From Podarcis liolepis (taxonomy: Eukaryota): a DNA stretch of 64,000 nt. Position 1 is the stretch's first letter. The number at the start of each line of letters is the position of its first letter. This document shows positions 62,501-64,000 of this stretch, piece after piece. The stretch lies in assembly GCA_965112155.1 (NCBI GenBank), contig OZ218113.1. One strand, written 5' to 3'. Both the position numbers and the translations under genes were made by a program. Under the pieces are notes generated by a model. The model did no database searches, was not told the DNA's origin, and was given only the letters and a program-made list of their open reading frames with translations.

Positions 62501-64000
62501 CTTCTGCCACGTAAAAGCCTTCCCCCCTCTACGCCAATAGGGTGGAAACAGGGGGGGTTCTCTGCATGACCCCCCCTCCACCGCTTAGGGTGAAAAGGAG
62601 GGAGGGTGGCTGCCCAGCATATAAGTGAGAAGTGGTCTGTCAGACAGCCCCCCCCCCAGGATGAAATGCGGGGTGGCTGGTGGGATACTTGAGCAAAAAC
62701 TGCCCCTTGCAGAAGATGGAGATGAGGGGGCGGCCAGGTGGGTGAGTGAATTCCCACAGCAGAGCAATGTATGGTGTTGCTACCCCCCCCCATAAGTAAA
62801 TTGTGGTCCTTCCTTCTCAAATCTTCCTCCAACTGGTGGGCGAGTTCCTTCGGCTTGTTATAAGGGCTTCTCAAGAAGCCCAATGGGGCAGGCAGAGAAG
62901 ACCCCCACCAATTTCATAAAGGTGCCCGCAGAAACACACATTATGAGTGGGGGGGGGTGAGTTATCCCAGACGAAAGAGAGGGACCTAAGATAGATGTTC
63001 CTTTGTATTTCCAAAAAGATGGGGGGTGGGATGGGGTGGGCAAGGACAAAACCTCCTTAAATGGAGGGATGAGTTTTCCCAAGCCACAAGAATGAGGAAT
63101 GTGGTTATAGGGGAGCCTTGTAAGGGATTCCCCCACACAGGAAAAAAAAAAATACAGGGTTGGGTATTCAGAAGTTGGGAGGGGGGAGCTAATTAGACAC
63201 TTTTAAAATGATGAGGGCCTCTCTAAACCAAAAGGGGTTCCTTCCACCAGCTGGACGAGGAGTTGGTCAAGAGGTGAGTCCTCTCAAGACAAGAGGTACC
63301 TGAGAAAAGGAGACAATTATTCCCCAAAAGGAAGGTAGTTGGGTAGGTAGAAGAGGGGACTCCCTAAGTCCCTCATAAACACTGAAATGTCGGAAGAGGC
63401 TTTTGCAAATCTTCAGCGAGCAGGAATATAGTAGAGGGAGATAGAAGTTATTAGAGTTCTCTTGATAAAAAGAGAGTGGAGGGGCACTATTGTAGCAAGG
63501 GGCTGCAGAGTGTCCAAAATATGGGACCTAATGTATTGTGTGTATCTTGGGGGGGGGATGTGGATACCTTATGGGTTGATTTGAGACAACCCCCTTCAAG
63601 GAAAGGGTGACGGACGTAAAGTGTGGCACTCTTCTCCCCCCCTCCCCCAGCCACAAAGTAATCATGGATGAAAATGCTTCTGGAGTTGAAGTAGAGAATC
63701 CCCTTTAAGATGGTGGAGTTTCAGAAACTTTTACCCCAGAAAGAAGAGATGGAGGCTCCCAGGAGAGGGGGGGGTGGTATATAGGTGATGTGTGAAGGTG
63801 AGAAAATATTTGAATAGCAGGAGATCTACCTGCAGAAGGGCATTTGCTGGGCCACCAGAGAAGAGGAATGGAGACTTGTATACATCATTGCTCTGCTGTA
63901 GTGACTCTTGTATCGCCGTCTATTTTAATTTTTTAAAAATATATAATATAAACCACCTTGGGAACTTTGGTCAGTAGGCAGGTATAAATATTCCTAAATA

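Noticed and set aside
61643-62581. 312-aa minus-strand ORF rich in Pro/Arg/Gly
   Set aside because: Lies across the CpG island where stops are depleted; low complexity with no recognisable domain
62500-64000. G-run-rich stretch as a special G-quadruplex element
   Set aside because: Ordinary G-skewed first-intron sequence downstream of a CpG promoter; nothing specific to single out

Overview
Eukaryotic (squamate, probably lacertid lizard, judged from Podarcis-type Sauria SINEs) genomic DNA. The window holds the 3' part of intron 1 and coding exons 2-24 of PACS1 (phosphofurin acidic cluster sorting protein 1) on the + strand, 18195-53661. All 23 exons have GT-AG boundaries and splice into one open frame of 2536 nt, the same length as the recalled human c.357-2892. 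A ~4.85 kb 3' UTR ends near 58500, followed by a CpG-island promoter and first exon of the next + strand gene at ~61300-62500 (KLC2 by human synteny; not verifiable here). Introns carry many TcMar and hAT MITEs, SINEs, L2/RTE/L1/Penelope remnants and one assembly gap. Most ORFs in the supplied track are spurious. The most interesting items outside the canonical gene model are: a frame-preserving 30-nt cassette microexon in intron 12; a TAG-CAG-GTAAG 3-nt microexon/recursive-splice signature only 51 nt before exon 21; two candidate poison exons; tandem RFX X-boxes in intron 5; and a decayed Penelope hammerhead ribozyme next to a SINE inserted into the same Penelope remnant. I see no evidence of a wholly new biological system. 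All family and orthology calls are from recognition, not database searches.
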